IMG/VR virus record: IMGVR_UViG_3300042484_001840
Span: 64,001-128,000 of that record
Origin: a virus
DNA length: 64,000 nucleotides
Reading direction: 5' to 3' (one strand)
Below the pieces are notes generated by a model, which saw nothing but the letters and a program-made list of their open reading frames with translations, was not told the DNA's origin and did not search any database. Both the position numbers and the translations under genes were made by a program. This document shows, piece by piece, positions 55,820 to 64,000 of the stretch. The number at the start of each line of letters is the position of its first letter. The stretch's first letter is position 1.

Positions 55820-56476
55820 TTAAATCCAGTCATCCTTAAGATACCCAATAGCAATAGGAGTATCCTCGGTCATATCAAGGATTGTTCGCCCAACGGTCAA
55901 GGTTAGCACATGTCTTAGTTGCCCAATCCAGTGTTCGGCAAAATATCTATTTATATATCCAAGTGGAGAGTTTAGTCGGACCGCATCACATCGTGCCCAC
56001 CAATATGTTCCACCATAAAACATATTTTCATCTGGCGTTCCTCTGGCTACCTCTAGCCAATGACATCCTGCAAGGTACATACCATTAACTAGTGCCTGCC
56101 TCGGTATTTCCCAATTTACAAAGTTGTGGTATTCCATACTTCGTCGCCACGATGTATTAATTTCTGACGGATGAGCGGAACCTTTTGAATGGGAGTAAAT
56201 TACTATCCCATCGTTTTCTTTACTAAATTTATGTAAATGCTCTAGCGTCACTTGTTCCCAGCCAGATTCTTGCTCCGCTATGACGGTATAGGTTAAATTT
56301 TGGTCATTTAAAAATTGTTTTACTGCTTGAGTATTTTCTACTGAACCAACAAGCCCAATATTTATTGATGACAATTGTTGGTCAAATGAATTCCTTCTTA
56401 GTGCTGTGATATGCTCGGATACAGGTTCATGCCAACTCCCATCGGCATAAATATGGTAAAAATGATGTAACTCCAA
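55820..56476 (-). CDS. Putative glycosyltransferase-like protein
   Basis: YSHSKG...WR..M...YGGTYWW...R..AEHWIG; probable TTG start after AAGGA. Confidence 0.55.
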   Translation of the reverse strand: MELHHFYHIYADGSWHEPVSEHITALRRNSFDQQLSSINIGLVGSVENTQAVKQFLNDQNLTYTVIAEQESGWEQVTLEHLHKFSKENDGIVIYSHSKGSAHPSEINTSWRRSMEYHNFVNWEIPRQALVNGMYLAGCHWLEVARGTPDENMFYGGTYWWARCDAVRLNSPLGYINRYFAEHWIGQLRHVLTLTVGRTILDMTEDTPIAIGYLKDDWI

Positions 56477-56490
56477 CTTGTGAGGTCCTT

Positions 56491-57225
56491 TTGTCAATTG
56501 AAACATACATAACAGTTCACGATTCAACAATAGTTGCTGAATGCGAGAATTCGGGGAGGTTCAATTCGGTTAGCCATACATATTTATTTGTTGGACCGAG
56601 GACTGTTGATGTTGCGGATGATATTAAAATAATTGTTTGTAAAGACATACAGCCAAACTATGAACACCTACCGCATTTTTATGATTTCACTGGATGGTTT
56701 GTCCTTGGAAAATACGAATTATTTTCAACAGACAACGCCATATTTTTACAGTATGACCACCTCATTAACTCCGAAAACTTAGAGTCTCAGACTGAATCAG
56801 CATTGGCTGATAATCACATGATTGGGTATGCGCCAGCAGGACCAGAGTTATGGACATTGCAATTGCCAAACTTCTACGAACGACAATTAGATGGCATTAG
56901 GGCGTGTGGCAACGACTGGGAAAAACTGCTGACTGAAGTTCCCTTTACAATTTGGCCAACGACTCAAGGTACGGCTTGGCGAACAAATGAATTTTGCCAG
57001 TTTATGAAGTGGTTTGAACCAGCCTTTGAATCCTTTAAAGACCACACATTTGCTGGACATCTTGCTGAACGAATGATTCAGCCATTTTTGATGGCAAACG
57101 GCATGACTGCTGGTTATTTACCAGGCTTAATTTCTCATGAATCACTTGACTGCCATGGAACTAAGGATTTAATTTTGGGGAATATTGATTCCTACAATAA
57201 AAAAACATCAACCTTCGGATTATAG
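56491..57225 (+). CDS. Putative glycosyltransferase-like protein
   Basis: IFLQYD (DxD-like) and GHLAER; lies within the glycosylation cluster. Confidence 0.5.
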   Translation: MSIETYITVHDSTIVAECENSGRFNSVSHTYLFVGPRTVDVADDIKIIVCKDIQPNYEHLPHFYDFTGWFVLGKYELFSTDNAIFLQYDHLINSENLESQTESALADNHMIGYAPAGPELWTLQLPNFYERQLDGIRACGNDWEKLLTEVPFTIWPTTQGTAWRTNEFCQFMKWFEPAFESFKDHTFAGHLAERMIQPFLMANGMTAGYLPGLISHESLDCHGTKDLILGNIDSYNKKTSTFGL

Positions 57226-57831
57226 AATTTTTTTATTGACATACCAGTCTTCGTAGGGCTTCATGTAATACAGGGGATTCGTGTCAAGACATGGCGCATC
57301 TTCAACAACTCGCTCAAATCCATTATTTGACATAATTTGGAATATTAAGTTTTTATTTACTGGACCATCCATGTATAGATTATGCTCAATTGTTGCTGAG
57401 TTAATTTGATATTTAGAAAAATCAAAAGACAGCAATACATCTGGTTCCATGCCCTCAATGTCCATTGACATGTAATCAATCTCATATGGGGCGTTTGCCA
57501 ACTCAAGAATTGTCTCAAGTTTTGAACAAGGAACTAATGGGGCATTTTTATCTGATGTTGATGAAAATCCAGAAAAGTTTATTTCTCCTTCAAATGAAGC
57601 AGCGGCTACATTTAAATTTTTACAGTTAGGGCGATTAACAATAAGCGACTGAAATACCTCTGGGCTTGCTTCAACGCATACCCCAGTCCATCCTTGTTCT
57701 TCCAATGCCCATGTATTGCTCGTATTGATGCCATCGTATGCGCCAATATCCACAAAAAATTTAGGAGATTGCTTGTACTGCATTATTTCTAAAACCCACT
57801 TATCCTGACCTGCTTGGGAATAGAAGTTCAT
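57220..57831 (-). CDS. FkbM-family methyltransferase
   Basis: YSQAGQD, FVDIGAYDG..SNT and IDYMSMDIEG motifs. Confidence 0.85.
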   Translation of the reverse strand: MNFYSQAGQDKWVLEIMQYKQSPKFFVDIGAYDGINTSNTWALEEQGWTGVCVEASPEVFQSLIVNRPNCKNLNVAAASFEGEINFSGFSSTSDKNAPLVPCSKLETILELANAPYEIDYMSMDIEGMEPDVLLSFDFSKYQINSATIEHNLYMDGPVNKNLIFQIMSNNGFERVVEDAPCLDTNPLYYMKPYEDWYVNKKIL

Positions 57832-58778
57832 AAAATCTCCTTAATCATTTTTTCAATATCATTAATAAATAAGTTTGCATATTTATTCTTCAAGTCAATA
57901 GCATTATTGCTAAATGTATCGTAACTATTAACAATATCTGCAAAGTTTACATTTGGATATCTTGGGACACTTTCATCAATGTGCCTAAAAAGTGCACAGT
58001 CGCTCAATAACATTGGTTTTCCAGATGCAATCAAATAGTCAGCAGAAGAAGATATCCCAGCATTGCTTGGTGGGAGTTCATAAAATAGTGCATTGATATC
58101 ATTTGAGGCAAGCATTTCAACAATTTCTTCTTCACTTACATAATCACTAGTGTGGTTAAAGCGAATATTGGGTTTTGTAATTTCCCTAAGGATTGATTGA
58201 ATAATCTCATCTGTATAATCCCCAGTAAAAGTACCAACTGTCATGTGTAGGTTAAAAACGGCATTATCAAAATGTTTGTTTATTTCTCGCATAATGATAT
58301 GAAAATTCTTATGGGGTAAACCAAAGCCAAAACTGCCTATTCGTATTTCGCCATCACTTAGTTGGGTGTCTACGCTTTTACCCGCGTGAATTGTTCTACC
58401 AACTGGGAATATACGATTATCCGATGTTTTTAGTGTTGGATCATTGCATATCATGTAGTCAAACAAGCCAGAATAACCATTCATTATTGCGGTGATGCTT
58501 GTTGGATCAAATAGGTGCTGTACTACGACTCTCTTGGCGGGGAAACCAGATATTGAGTCTTTTGATACCCATGGCATAACAAGTTGCATATAATTAAAGA
58601 AAACAATAGACGGCTGATGTATTGCGTAGATAGAGGCGTACTCGTCTGCTGAATTACACTCAGCGTAAACAGCATCCAAGAGTGAACTCTTCGCTAACTG
58701 ATTAAACTGCCGTTTTCCAAAGTCATAAACACCACAGCGAGAACCGAGACCGTGGTTTATATAAAGGACTTTTATCAT
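57828..58778 (-). CDS. GT-B glycosyltransferase-like protein
   Basis: CGVYDF, IGSFGF..PHK and ISS.ADY.IA..KP motifs. Confidence 0.65.
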   Translation of the reverse strand: MIKVLYINHGLGSRCGVYDFGKRQFNQLAKSSLLDAVYAECNSADEYASIYAIHQPSIVFFNYMQLVMPWVSKDSISGFPAKRVVVQHLFDPTSITAIMNGYSGLFDYMICNDPTLKTSDNRIFPVGRTIHAGKSVDTQLSDGEIRIGSFGFGLPHKNFHIIMREINKHFDNAVFNLHMTVGTFTGDYTDEIIQSILREITKPNIRFNHTSDYVSEEEIVEMLASNDINALFYELPPSNAGISSSADYLIASGKPMLLSDCALFRHIDESVPRYPNVNFADIVNSYDTFSNNAIDLKNKYANLFINDIEKMIKEIL

Positions 58779-60001
58779 GAACCAACTATATCAAACACTG
58801 GACAAGGGAAAACAAACTTTCCGCCACCATCAAGGTATGACTTTTCGCGGGTAATGAATTCAGCGCGGAAGTGCCAAGGGAGTACAAGGAGATAGTCTGG
58901 TTTTGCTTCTCGCATTTCATCTTCTGATTTGATCGGGATATTTGTGCCGATAGTGCGGAGACCAAACTTATACGGAGAGCGTTCTGCAATTGCGTCTACC
59001 ATTGTTTCGTCAATGCCAAAGTATTGCAACAATGTATTGCCCTTAGTTGAGGCACCGTAACCCCAAACAGTCTTACCTTCTTCTTTTGCCTTCTTAAGAA
59101 AAGCCAAAGTTTGCGCTTTAAGGTTTTCAATCTTTACAAAGAAATCATTCCATACTTCTGGAGTATTAACTTTTGTTTCGCGCTCATGAGCAAGAATAGA
59201 ATCAACTCTAAATTTACATACATCACGATGAGGCTGTGTGCCAAATTTTGTCTTATCAGCAACATCTTTCATCGCGTAAATTCGGAAACTTCCGCCGTTT
59301 ACATCATTGAGTTGACAGTCCATAATTTTAAAACCGCATGATTCAAATAGTGTTTTGATTGATTCAAGGCTGTAATAATAAACATGTTCGTGGCAAATAT
59401 TATCAAATGCGACTTGAGCCAACATTAATGGCGTATAACTCATCTGAAGAATAAAAATTCCATCATCGTCCAAGACTGAATATGCATCATTCAAGAATGG
59501 ACGCGGATTGTCTAAATCATAGAACATAGCAATACATGTAATAATGTCCGCTTTTGGAGCATTTGAAGGGTATGACTTGGCAGAAAAATAATCACGGATA
59601 ACTACATCGCCGTGCTTTTTTGCTTCTTCCGTAAAAGACTCATCAGCAGGGTCAATGCCGATTTTGTAGATATTCTGTGGGATTTTTTCAAGAAGTGTTC
59701 CGTCATTACAGGCAATATCAAGCCATGTTGAAATATTCTTTTGCCCCTTAACTTGAAGTGCAGAAGCAACAATTCCAGCAAGTTCATCTTTCATAGTTTG
59801 GTTAGTGCCAGACCGATACCAATAACGACCATACATAAATGAAGGATCAGCAGTTTGCTTAAGGCGGGCACAGTTGAGTTCTGAGTCCCACTCCAACTGA
59901 AGATCAACTGGCTCGCATCGCGGTTCTTCACCATTGGCAAGAAAGTCAGACAGAAATAGATTTCCAAGATTGAACAAATCCACAATAAACTCCAAAGTCA
60001 A
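58775..60001 (-). CDS. NDP-hexose C-methyltransferase (Methyltransf_13/14)
   Basis: YWYRSG, LDIACNDG, ICHEH, NGGS, YGASTKGNTLLQ and LVLPWHF motifs. Confidence 0.85.
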   Translation of the reverse strand: MTLEFIVDLFNLGNLFLSDFLANGEEPRCEPVDLQLEWDSELNCARLKQTADPSFMYGRYWYRSGTNQTMKDELAGIVASALQVKGQKNISTWLDIACNDGTLLEKIPQNIYKIGIDPADESFTEEAKKHGDVVIRDYFSAKSYPSNAPKADIITCIAMFYDLDNPRPFLNDAYSVLDDDGIFILQMSYTPLMLAQVAFDNICHEHVYYYSLESIKTLFESCGFKIMDCQLNDVNGGSFRIYAMKDVADKTKFGTQPHRDVCKFRVDSILAHERETKVNTPEVWNDFFVKIENLKAQTLAFLKKAKEEGKTVWGYGASTKGNTLLQYFGIDETMVDAIAERSPYKFGLRTIGTNIPIKSEDEMREAKPDYLLVLPWHFRAEFITREKSYLDGGGKFVFPCPVFDIVGS

Positions 60002-60054
60002 AACATTGTTTATTTTTGTTTATTATAGATCAATATTTTTTTACAAGGTATAAG

Positions 60055-60840
60055 TCAATTTATTGTCTTTAATTCTTTGAACCTAGCCGTCATATCATCG
60101 CGATATAAATTTGCAATATCAGCAACTAATGTTTGAATTTGTTCGTTGCGTACTCGTTGTGCAGTAGATGGTCCAATATGTTGTTTATATAATAACTTAC
60201 CAATATGAAACATCTTAGTTATAAGAAAAGTTCTAACAATTAATTCATAGTCATCAGCAACAGGATATTTGGGATCGTGACCATTTAGTGCTCTATAAAC
60301 ATCAGCGCGCCAAGCACGAACATGATTAGGTGCAGAAACGATATGACGGATAGTTGCATCATTAATTTCAGGTGCGCTCATTACACTCACACCATACTCC
60401 TCGGACCAATACTCTGAACCAAAACCAAAAGCCCAACCCATAGGGTAAACGCCTGATTGACCGTTTGGTAACAGTTCACACCAGTCCGAGTAAACAAATC
60501 CAACTTCGGGGTCTTGAAAGGCGTTATGGATTTCCTGCAAACAGTCAGGGGTTAACTCATCATCGTGGTCTAACTCAACAAGAATGTCGCCCTCAGCAAC
60601 CATAAAGCCTTGACGCTTTAGACGACCAATGTTGCCTGAGTGAACATGTGAACGATGCATGGAAATCTTGTAGCGTTCATCAGAACAGAATCCGTATAGT
60701 TGACTCCAAGTTTCAGTATTAGTAGAGTCATCCCAAATAACCCATTCCCAGTCTGTGAAAGTTTGTGCTTTTAGCGATGCCCAAGTGCGAGCAAGAATGT
60801 CTGGGTCTGTGTTATAGGTTGGCGTAATAACTGAGATCAT
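60055..60840 (-). CDS. GT2 glycosyltransferase
   Basis: ISVITPTYN, WDDS, LDHDD and DDYEL motifs. Confidence 0.88.
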   Translation of the reverse strand: MISVITPTYNTDPDILARTWASLKAQTFTDWEWVIWDDSTNTETWSQLYGFCSDERYKISMHRSHVHSGNIGRLKRQGFMVAEGDILVELDHDDELTPDCLQEIHNAFQDPEVGFVYSDWCELLPNGQSGVYPMGWAFGFGSEYWSEEYGVSVMSAPEINDATIRHIVSAPNHVRAWRADVYRALNGHDPKYPVADDYELIVRTFLITKMFHIGKLLYKQHIGPSTAQRVRNEQIQTLVADIANLYRDDMTARFKELKTIN

Positions 60841-60909
60841 TGAAAAACATTAACACGCATCAACATCTAGTTGTACATTGGACATTGGTTATTTTCCTAT
60901 GGCGTTTTA

Positions 60910-61170
60910 TTAAATGACAGAATTATTATATGATGGAACTACAAAAGTATCTGTTTCGGGATCGTATGTGTAACCAATTCCTGGATAACATCCACGGAAG
61001 TTAGCATTATATGATGCCTGAATCCATGTCCCTCCCCCGAAGAGGTTAGTGCAGAAAGCAATACCAATCTCTTCTGATTCATTACCATCTTCATCAAAAA
61101 TATCAAAGTTGTTAACAACAATAATCTGTACTACCTGGTTAAGTTCGTCTAACTGAGCAAAATGTGCCAT
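60910..61170 (-). CDS. Conserved small virion-associated protein (MAHFA family)
   Basis: MAHFAQLDE..V..IIVV...WIQASYN.NFR..YPGIGYTYD. Confidence 0.7.
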   Translation of the reverse strand: MAHFAQLDELNQVVQIIVVNNFDIFDEDGNESEEIGIAFCTNLFGGGTWIQASYNANFRGCYPGIGYTYDPETDTFVVPSYNNSVI

Positions 61171-62168
61171 TATGCCTCCCATCCGATAAACACTACGCCA
61201 CTTCCGCCTGAGCCACCAGACCCCGAGTTACCAGCACCGCCTCCGCCACCACCATGATTTGCTAATCCAGCACTTGCAGCAAATACACTTCCATAAGTTC
61301 CACCACTACCACCATTACCACCACTACCTGTTGCAAGTCCTCTACCATAAGTTAAACCATTGTTTGCTTCATCTTGTGCGCCGCCGCCACCACCCGAACT
61401 ACATGCGGTACTTGTTACAAATCCTGCAAAACCAGGACTTATTCCAATACCACCGTTACCACCAGTTCCTGTTCCAGTTGATACTGTGGCGTTTGAACCA
61501 GCGGTTAGGGCACCACCTCCACCACCACCACCAAAAGTACCTGTACCAGAACCACTGTTGTATCCTGTTCCTCCACCGTATCCTTGAGAACCTATCCAAG
61601 TAATTGCTGGGGCTGGTGGAAATGCGTGACTACCGCCACCACCGCAACCACCCGCTGCACCAGAAGTGCTTGGATGCCAACCTTGACCACCACCACCACC
61701 AATAGCAACCGTTAAAGGATCAAGAAGGCTGTTACAAATAGAAGTAGTAATTCCCATGCTTCCACCTGTACTTGAACCAGATGAACCACCAGCACCCCCC
61801 GCACCAACAACAATAGTGTAAGTTCCGACGGGTACATTTGTTATATATTGTTGAAGATATCCGCCACCGCCACCGCCACCACCTGCTCTTAGTACACCAG
61901 AATCAGCACCTGCGCCACCTCCACCACCACCACACGCAAACACTCTCAATACACCACCACCATTAACTACAGTAAAAGTACCTGAACCATTCCATTTTGC
62001 AATGTTGTAGTTAACACCAGATACAGCGACAGTAGTTACTGATGCTGCACCAGTAGTGGTAATTGTATAGTTTGCCTGCTTTGATGGGACAGAAATAGTT
62101 CCATTGTTTTGACCAAACCATGTAGACACCTGACTAGACGCTAAAGATTTATTAACTCTGAAAGTCAT
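61170..62168 (-). CDS. Glycine-rich virion/tail-fibre-like protein
   Basis: GGGGGG repeats; ends GSGGSGVVFI. Confidence 0.75.
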   Translation of the reverse strand: MTFRVNKSLASSQVSTWFGQNNGTISVPSKQANYTITTTGAASVTTVAVSGVNYNIAKWNGSGTFTVVNGGGVLRVFACGGGGGGAGADSGVLRAGGGGGGGGYLQQYITNVPVGTYTIVVGAGGAGGSSGSSTGGSMGITTSICNSLLDPLTVAIGGGGGQGWHPSTSGAAGGCGGGGSHAFPPAPAITWIGSQGYGGGTGYNSGSGTGTFGGGGGGGALTAGSNATVSTGTGTGGNGGIGISPGFAGFVTSTACSSGGGGGAQDEANNGLTYGRGLATGSGGNGGSGGTYGSVFAASAGLANHGGGGGGAGNSGSGGSGGSGVVFIGWEA

Positions 62169-62530
62169 GGAGTAATCCTATTCACATATCCAGAGATAGT
62201 AATAACATTGGCAGTTCCCGCAAAAGCGGTAATTGTTGATGCCGCCGACCCAGTACCAGTAAGAATTAGCCCGGGAGTAATTAATGTTAGCCCTGATGTT
62301 GCTGGAATAGATAGTTTGATTTGGTTATCTGGTGCGGTAACGCCACCATATTCAATGGTCAAGACAACGGCACTGCCGCTTGAGTTATACGCGTACAGCC
62401 ATGCTTCGTCAATTGTTGTTGCTGATGTGCCTGTACTATGTATGGTTGTTCCAAGGGTTGCTGTTGCAACAACTTTAATTGCTTTACCTTGAGATGATGC
62501 TGATAAGAGTGTTTTTGCGAATATAGTCAT
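62165..62530 (-). CDS. Putative virion structural protein
   Basis: DEAWLYAYN...LTIEYGG...ISGYVNRI. Confidence 0.6.
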   Translation of the reverse strand: MTIFAKTLLSASSQGKAIKVVATATLGTTIHSTGTSATTIDEAWLYAYNSSGSAVVLTIEYGGVTAPDNQIKLSIPATSGLTLITPGLILTGTGSAASTITAFAGTANVITISGYVNRITP

Positions 62531-62540
62531 TATCTACCTC

Positions 62541-62750
62541 CTAAGAAAAAACTTGCATTGCAAGTATAATTTGGTCGTCAACAACTGTTGTAAAGTACTC
62601 AAGAACAGACCATGCTGTGGAGCCATTACCAATCTTTAACTTGCCTGTATCTGTTTCAAAGCCCATTTCACCTGAGGCAAGAGTTGGGTTTTTGTCAGTC
62701 CATTCAGCGGCGGTATCACGCCGTACTTGGATTAGGTCGTTACGAGGCAT
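62541..62750 (-). CDS. Mtd-N/hyaluronidase-N-like tail-fibre domain protein
   Basis: IQVRRDTAAEW...NPTLASGEMGFETDTGKLKIGNG.TAW. Confidence 0.75.
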   Translation of the reverse strand: MPRNDLIQVRRDTAAEWTDKNPTLASGEMGFETDTGKLKIGNGSTAWSVLEYFTTVVDDQIILAMQVFS

Positions 62751-62758
62751 TGGTACTC

Positions 62759-63058
62759 CTAAATAAAGTGTTTAATAATTGAGGCACTAGCCAGGATAGT
62801 CCATAGAACATTAAATAAAATGATGGTCGGCAGGGTTTTCTTAGTAGATGACCAAATCAGGGAAACGCTTGAGATAATGGCAAAAATGTACAGCCACCAC
62901 CATTGTTTCCCTAAGAGCAGACCAGGGAAGATAATTGCGATTTTTGTTGCAAATCCCCATGCCTCAACAGTATTAGGACGATCCCAGTACTGCTTTTTGG
63001 ACATCGTTTTAACGGCATGAACTATCTTTTGAGTAAAATCCACTAAGTGACTAATCAT
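62759..63058 (-). CDS. Membrane protein
   Basis: Three hydrophobic segments. Confidence 0.55.
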   Translation of the reverse strand: MISHLVDFTQKIVHAVKTMSKKQYWDRPNTVEAWGFATKIAIIFPGLLLGKQWWWLYIFAIISSVSLIWSSTKKTLPTIILFNVLWTILASASIIKHFI

Positions 63059-63288
63059 TCTGACGAGCCTAGAAGTTCAGAAAATGATAGGAGACTAGTT
63101 AAATCAAAAACTGCTTGAGATACTTCCTCGGGGGGTAGTGAATAATGAAGGCGACCTCTAACTTCAAGGTAATTCTCATTAGTAACGACCTGAGGCTCCA
63201 TGCCCGCACGAATGGTGAGTTTATGTGATTCTTTTGTGCAGTAATCTCTCAAAACTTGATGCAGTTCTTTATGCGTTACTTCAGTCAT
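63055..63288 (-). CDS. Hypothetical protein
   Basis: Start MTEVTH after GAAGGA. Confidence 0.5.
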   Translation of the reverse strand: MTEVTHKELHQVLRDYCTKESHKLTIRAGMEPQVVTNENYLEVRGRLHYSLPPEEVSQAVFDLTSLLSFSELLGSSE

Positions 63289-64000
63289 TTGCTTTTCCTT
63301 CCAATACTGTCTCTGGCGGGGGAGGGCATGTGCATGGGGCGTTTGGGGGAATGCATCTAATGAAAGATGAAACAATCCACTTATCTGAAGAAAGTGGCAT
63401 CAAGCCTTCATGAGGGTGAGTCCAATATGAAGGGAATAGTGCAACTCGCCCAGCAACAGCATCTACCGTTGTTTGGTGGAATGGGAAATTCGTCCCCCCA
63501 CCTTCGCTTACGGTGTTGAGATAAAGAATCAGACCCAAAGTCCTCGTCTCAGAACCACCGAGCCAAGGCGCTCCATCAATATGCTCATTATAGAAACCGC
63601 TATTTTGTTTATATTTCTGAACTTGATAACCAGTATCTGAAACCATGCAATAATCAAAACTATCAGCATGGCGCAATGTTGGAAAAGTTTCTTTATATAA
63701 ATTAACTACTTTCCATATTTGTTCAAAAATTCTTTTGTCAAATTCTAATTCTTTTTCTGAAGGAGAATTCGCTTCAACATTTAAGTTCCAGTCAGTAGAA
63801 ACTTTTACGCGGAAATCCGTACCACCCATAGTTCTACCAATTTTGGAATAATGCGAATTTTCTTCACAGTGTTTAATTAAATTTGTACAAAAACCTTCGT
63901 CAAATACGCCATCAACATAAGCAATGGCAGATTGCCTTCCAACTGGAAAGGTGAGAGGTGAGTTAAAGAACTTTTCTGCGCTTCCAGCAAAGTTAATCAC
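63281..64000 (-). CDS. 2OG-Fe(II) oxygenase (prolyl-4-hydroxylase-like)
   Basis: HID (HxD), LYLN.V..GG.T.F, FPS.WTHPH and K.IV motifs; the start may lie outside the window. Confidence 0.85.
   Translation of the reverse strand: MINFAGSAEKFFNSPLTFPVGRQSAIAYVDGVFDEGFCTNLIKHCEENSHYSKIGRTMGGTDFRVKVSTDWNLNVEANSPSEKELEFDKRIFEQIWKVVNLYKETFPTLRHADSFDYCMVSDTGYQVQKYKQNSGFYNEHIDGAPWLGGSETRTLGLILYLNTVSEGGGTNFPFHQTTVDAVAGRVALFPSYWTHPHEGLMPLSSDKWIVSSFIRCIPPNAPCTCPPPPETVLEGKAND

Noticed and set aside
40229-58832. Extra GCCACCGTC-like matches at about 40232, 41169 and 58820
   Set aside because: They lack the TCWT prefix, and at least two are explained by Asp-Gly-Gly codons on the minus strand; they were not counted.
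61200-61935. CCACCA/CCGCCA tandem repeats
   Set aside because: They simply encode poly-Gly of the minus-strand glycine-rich protein.
62541-62750. Diversity-generating retroelement suggested by the Mtd-N-like domain
   Set aside because: Only the N-terminal structural domain is present; there is no reverse transcriptase or TR/VR pair in the window.
1-64000. tRNA/rRNA genes, integrase, transposase
   Set aside because: No cloverleaf with a convincing T-loop and acceptor stem, and no recombinase or transposase motifs, were recognised by eye; tRNAscan-SE would be needed to exclude tRNAs.
1-64000. Stop-codon reassignment
   Set aside because: Conserved genes (nrdJ, thyX, SNF2, primase) are full length in the standard code, and short ORFs have their own promoters and RBSs.

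Overview
A 64-kb segment of a large dsDNA bacteriophage with an actinobacterial host. The host call rests on three WhiB genes, DUF732-like lipoproteins, GAAC-N4-GTTC LexA boxes and GAAAGGA Shine-Dalgarno sites; a freshwater or lower-GC host is an inference. No host housekeeping genes, rRNA, tRNA, CRISPR or integrase were recognised. Layout: (1) 1-10 kb has the endolysin, thermonuclease, Mre11-like phosphoesterase, proteasome-beta-like protease, WhiB, a PTP-like phosphatase and a putative initiator/helicase-loader pair. (2) About 10-40 kb is an early, host-takeover-like region of mostly single-gene cassettes. Each has a near-identical sigma-70-type promoter and an ACTACTA..GAAAGGA leader. It also holds a MoxR/vWA pair, a SNF2 helicase, two lytic transglycosylases, DUF932 and SSB. 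(3) 40-55 kb has a HipA/PI3K-like kinase, primase-helicase, ThyX, a DNA methyltransferase and NrdJ. (4) 55-64 kb has a glycosyl/methyltransferase cluster, virion-type genes and a 2OG-Fe(II) oxygenase. The most striking signal is non-coding. The 8-40 kb region carries about 50 DnaA boxes in about 9 clusters (19 within 300 bp at 26.7 kb, 13 at 39.8 kb), a 6-copy LexA-box array and 8 CRP-type sites. It also carries at least 43 copies of a CGGGGCT heptamer confined to this region and 11 same-strand copies of a 15-17-bp TCWTCCGCCACCGT motif. Together these suggest a DNA-encoded decoy/sensor system for host replication and stress regulators. All counts are manual and all protein calls come from motif recognition, not database searches.
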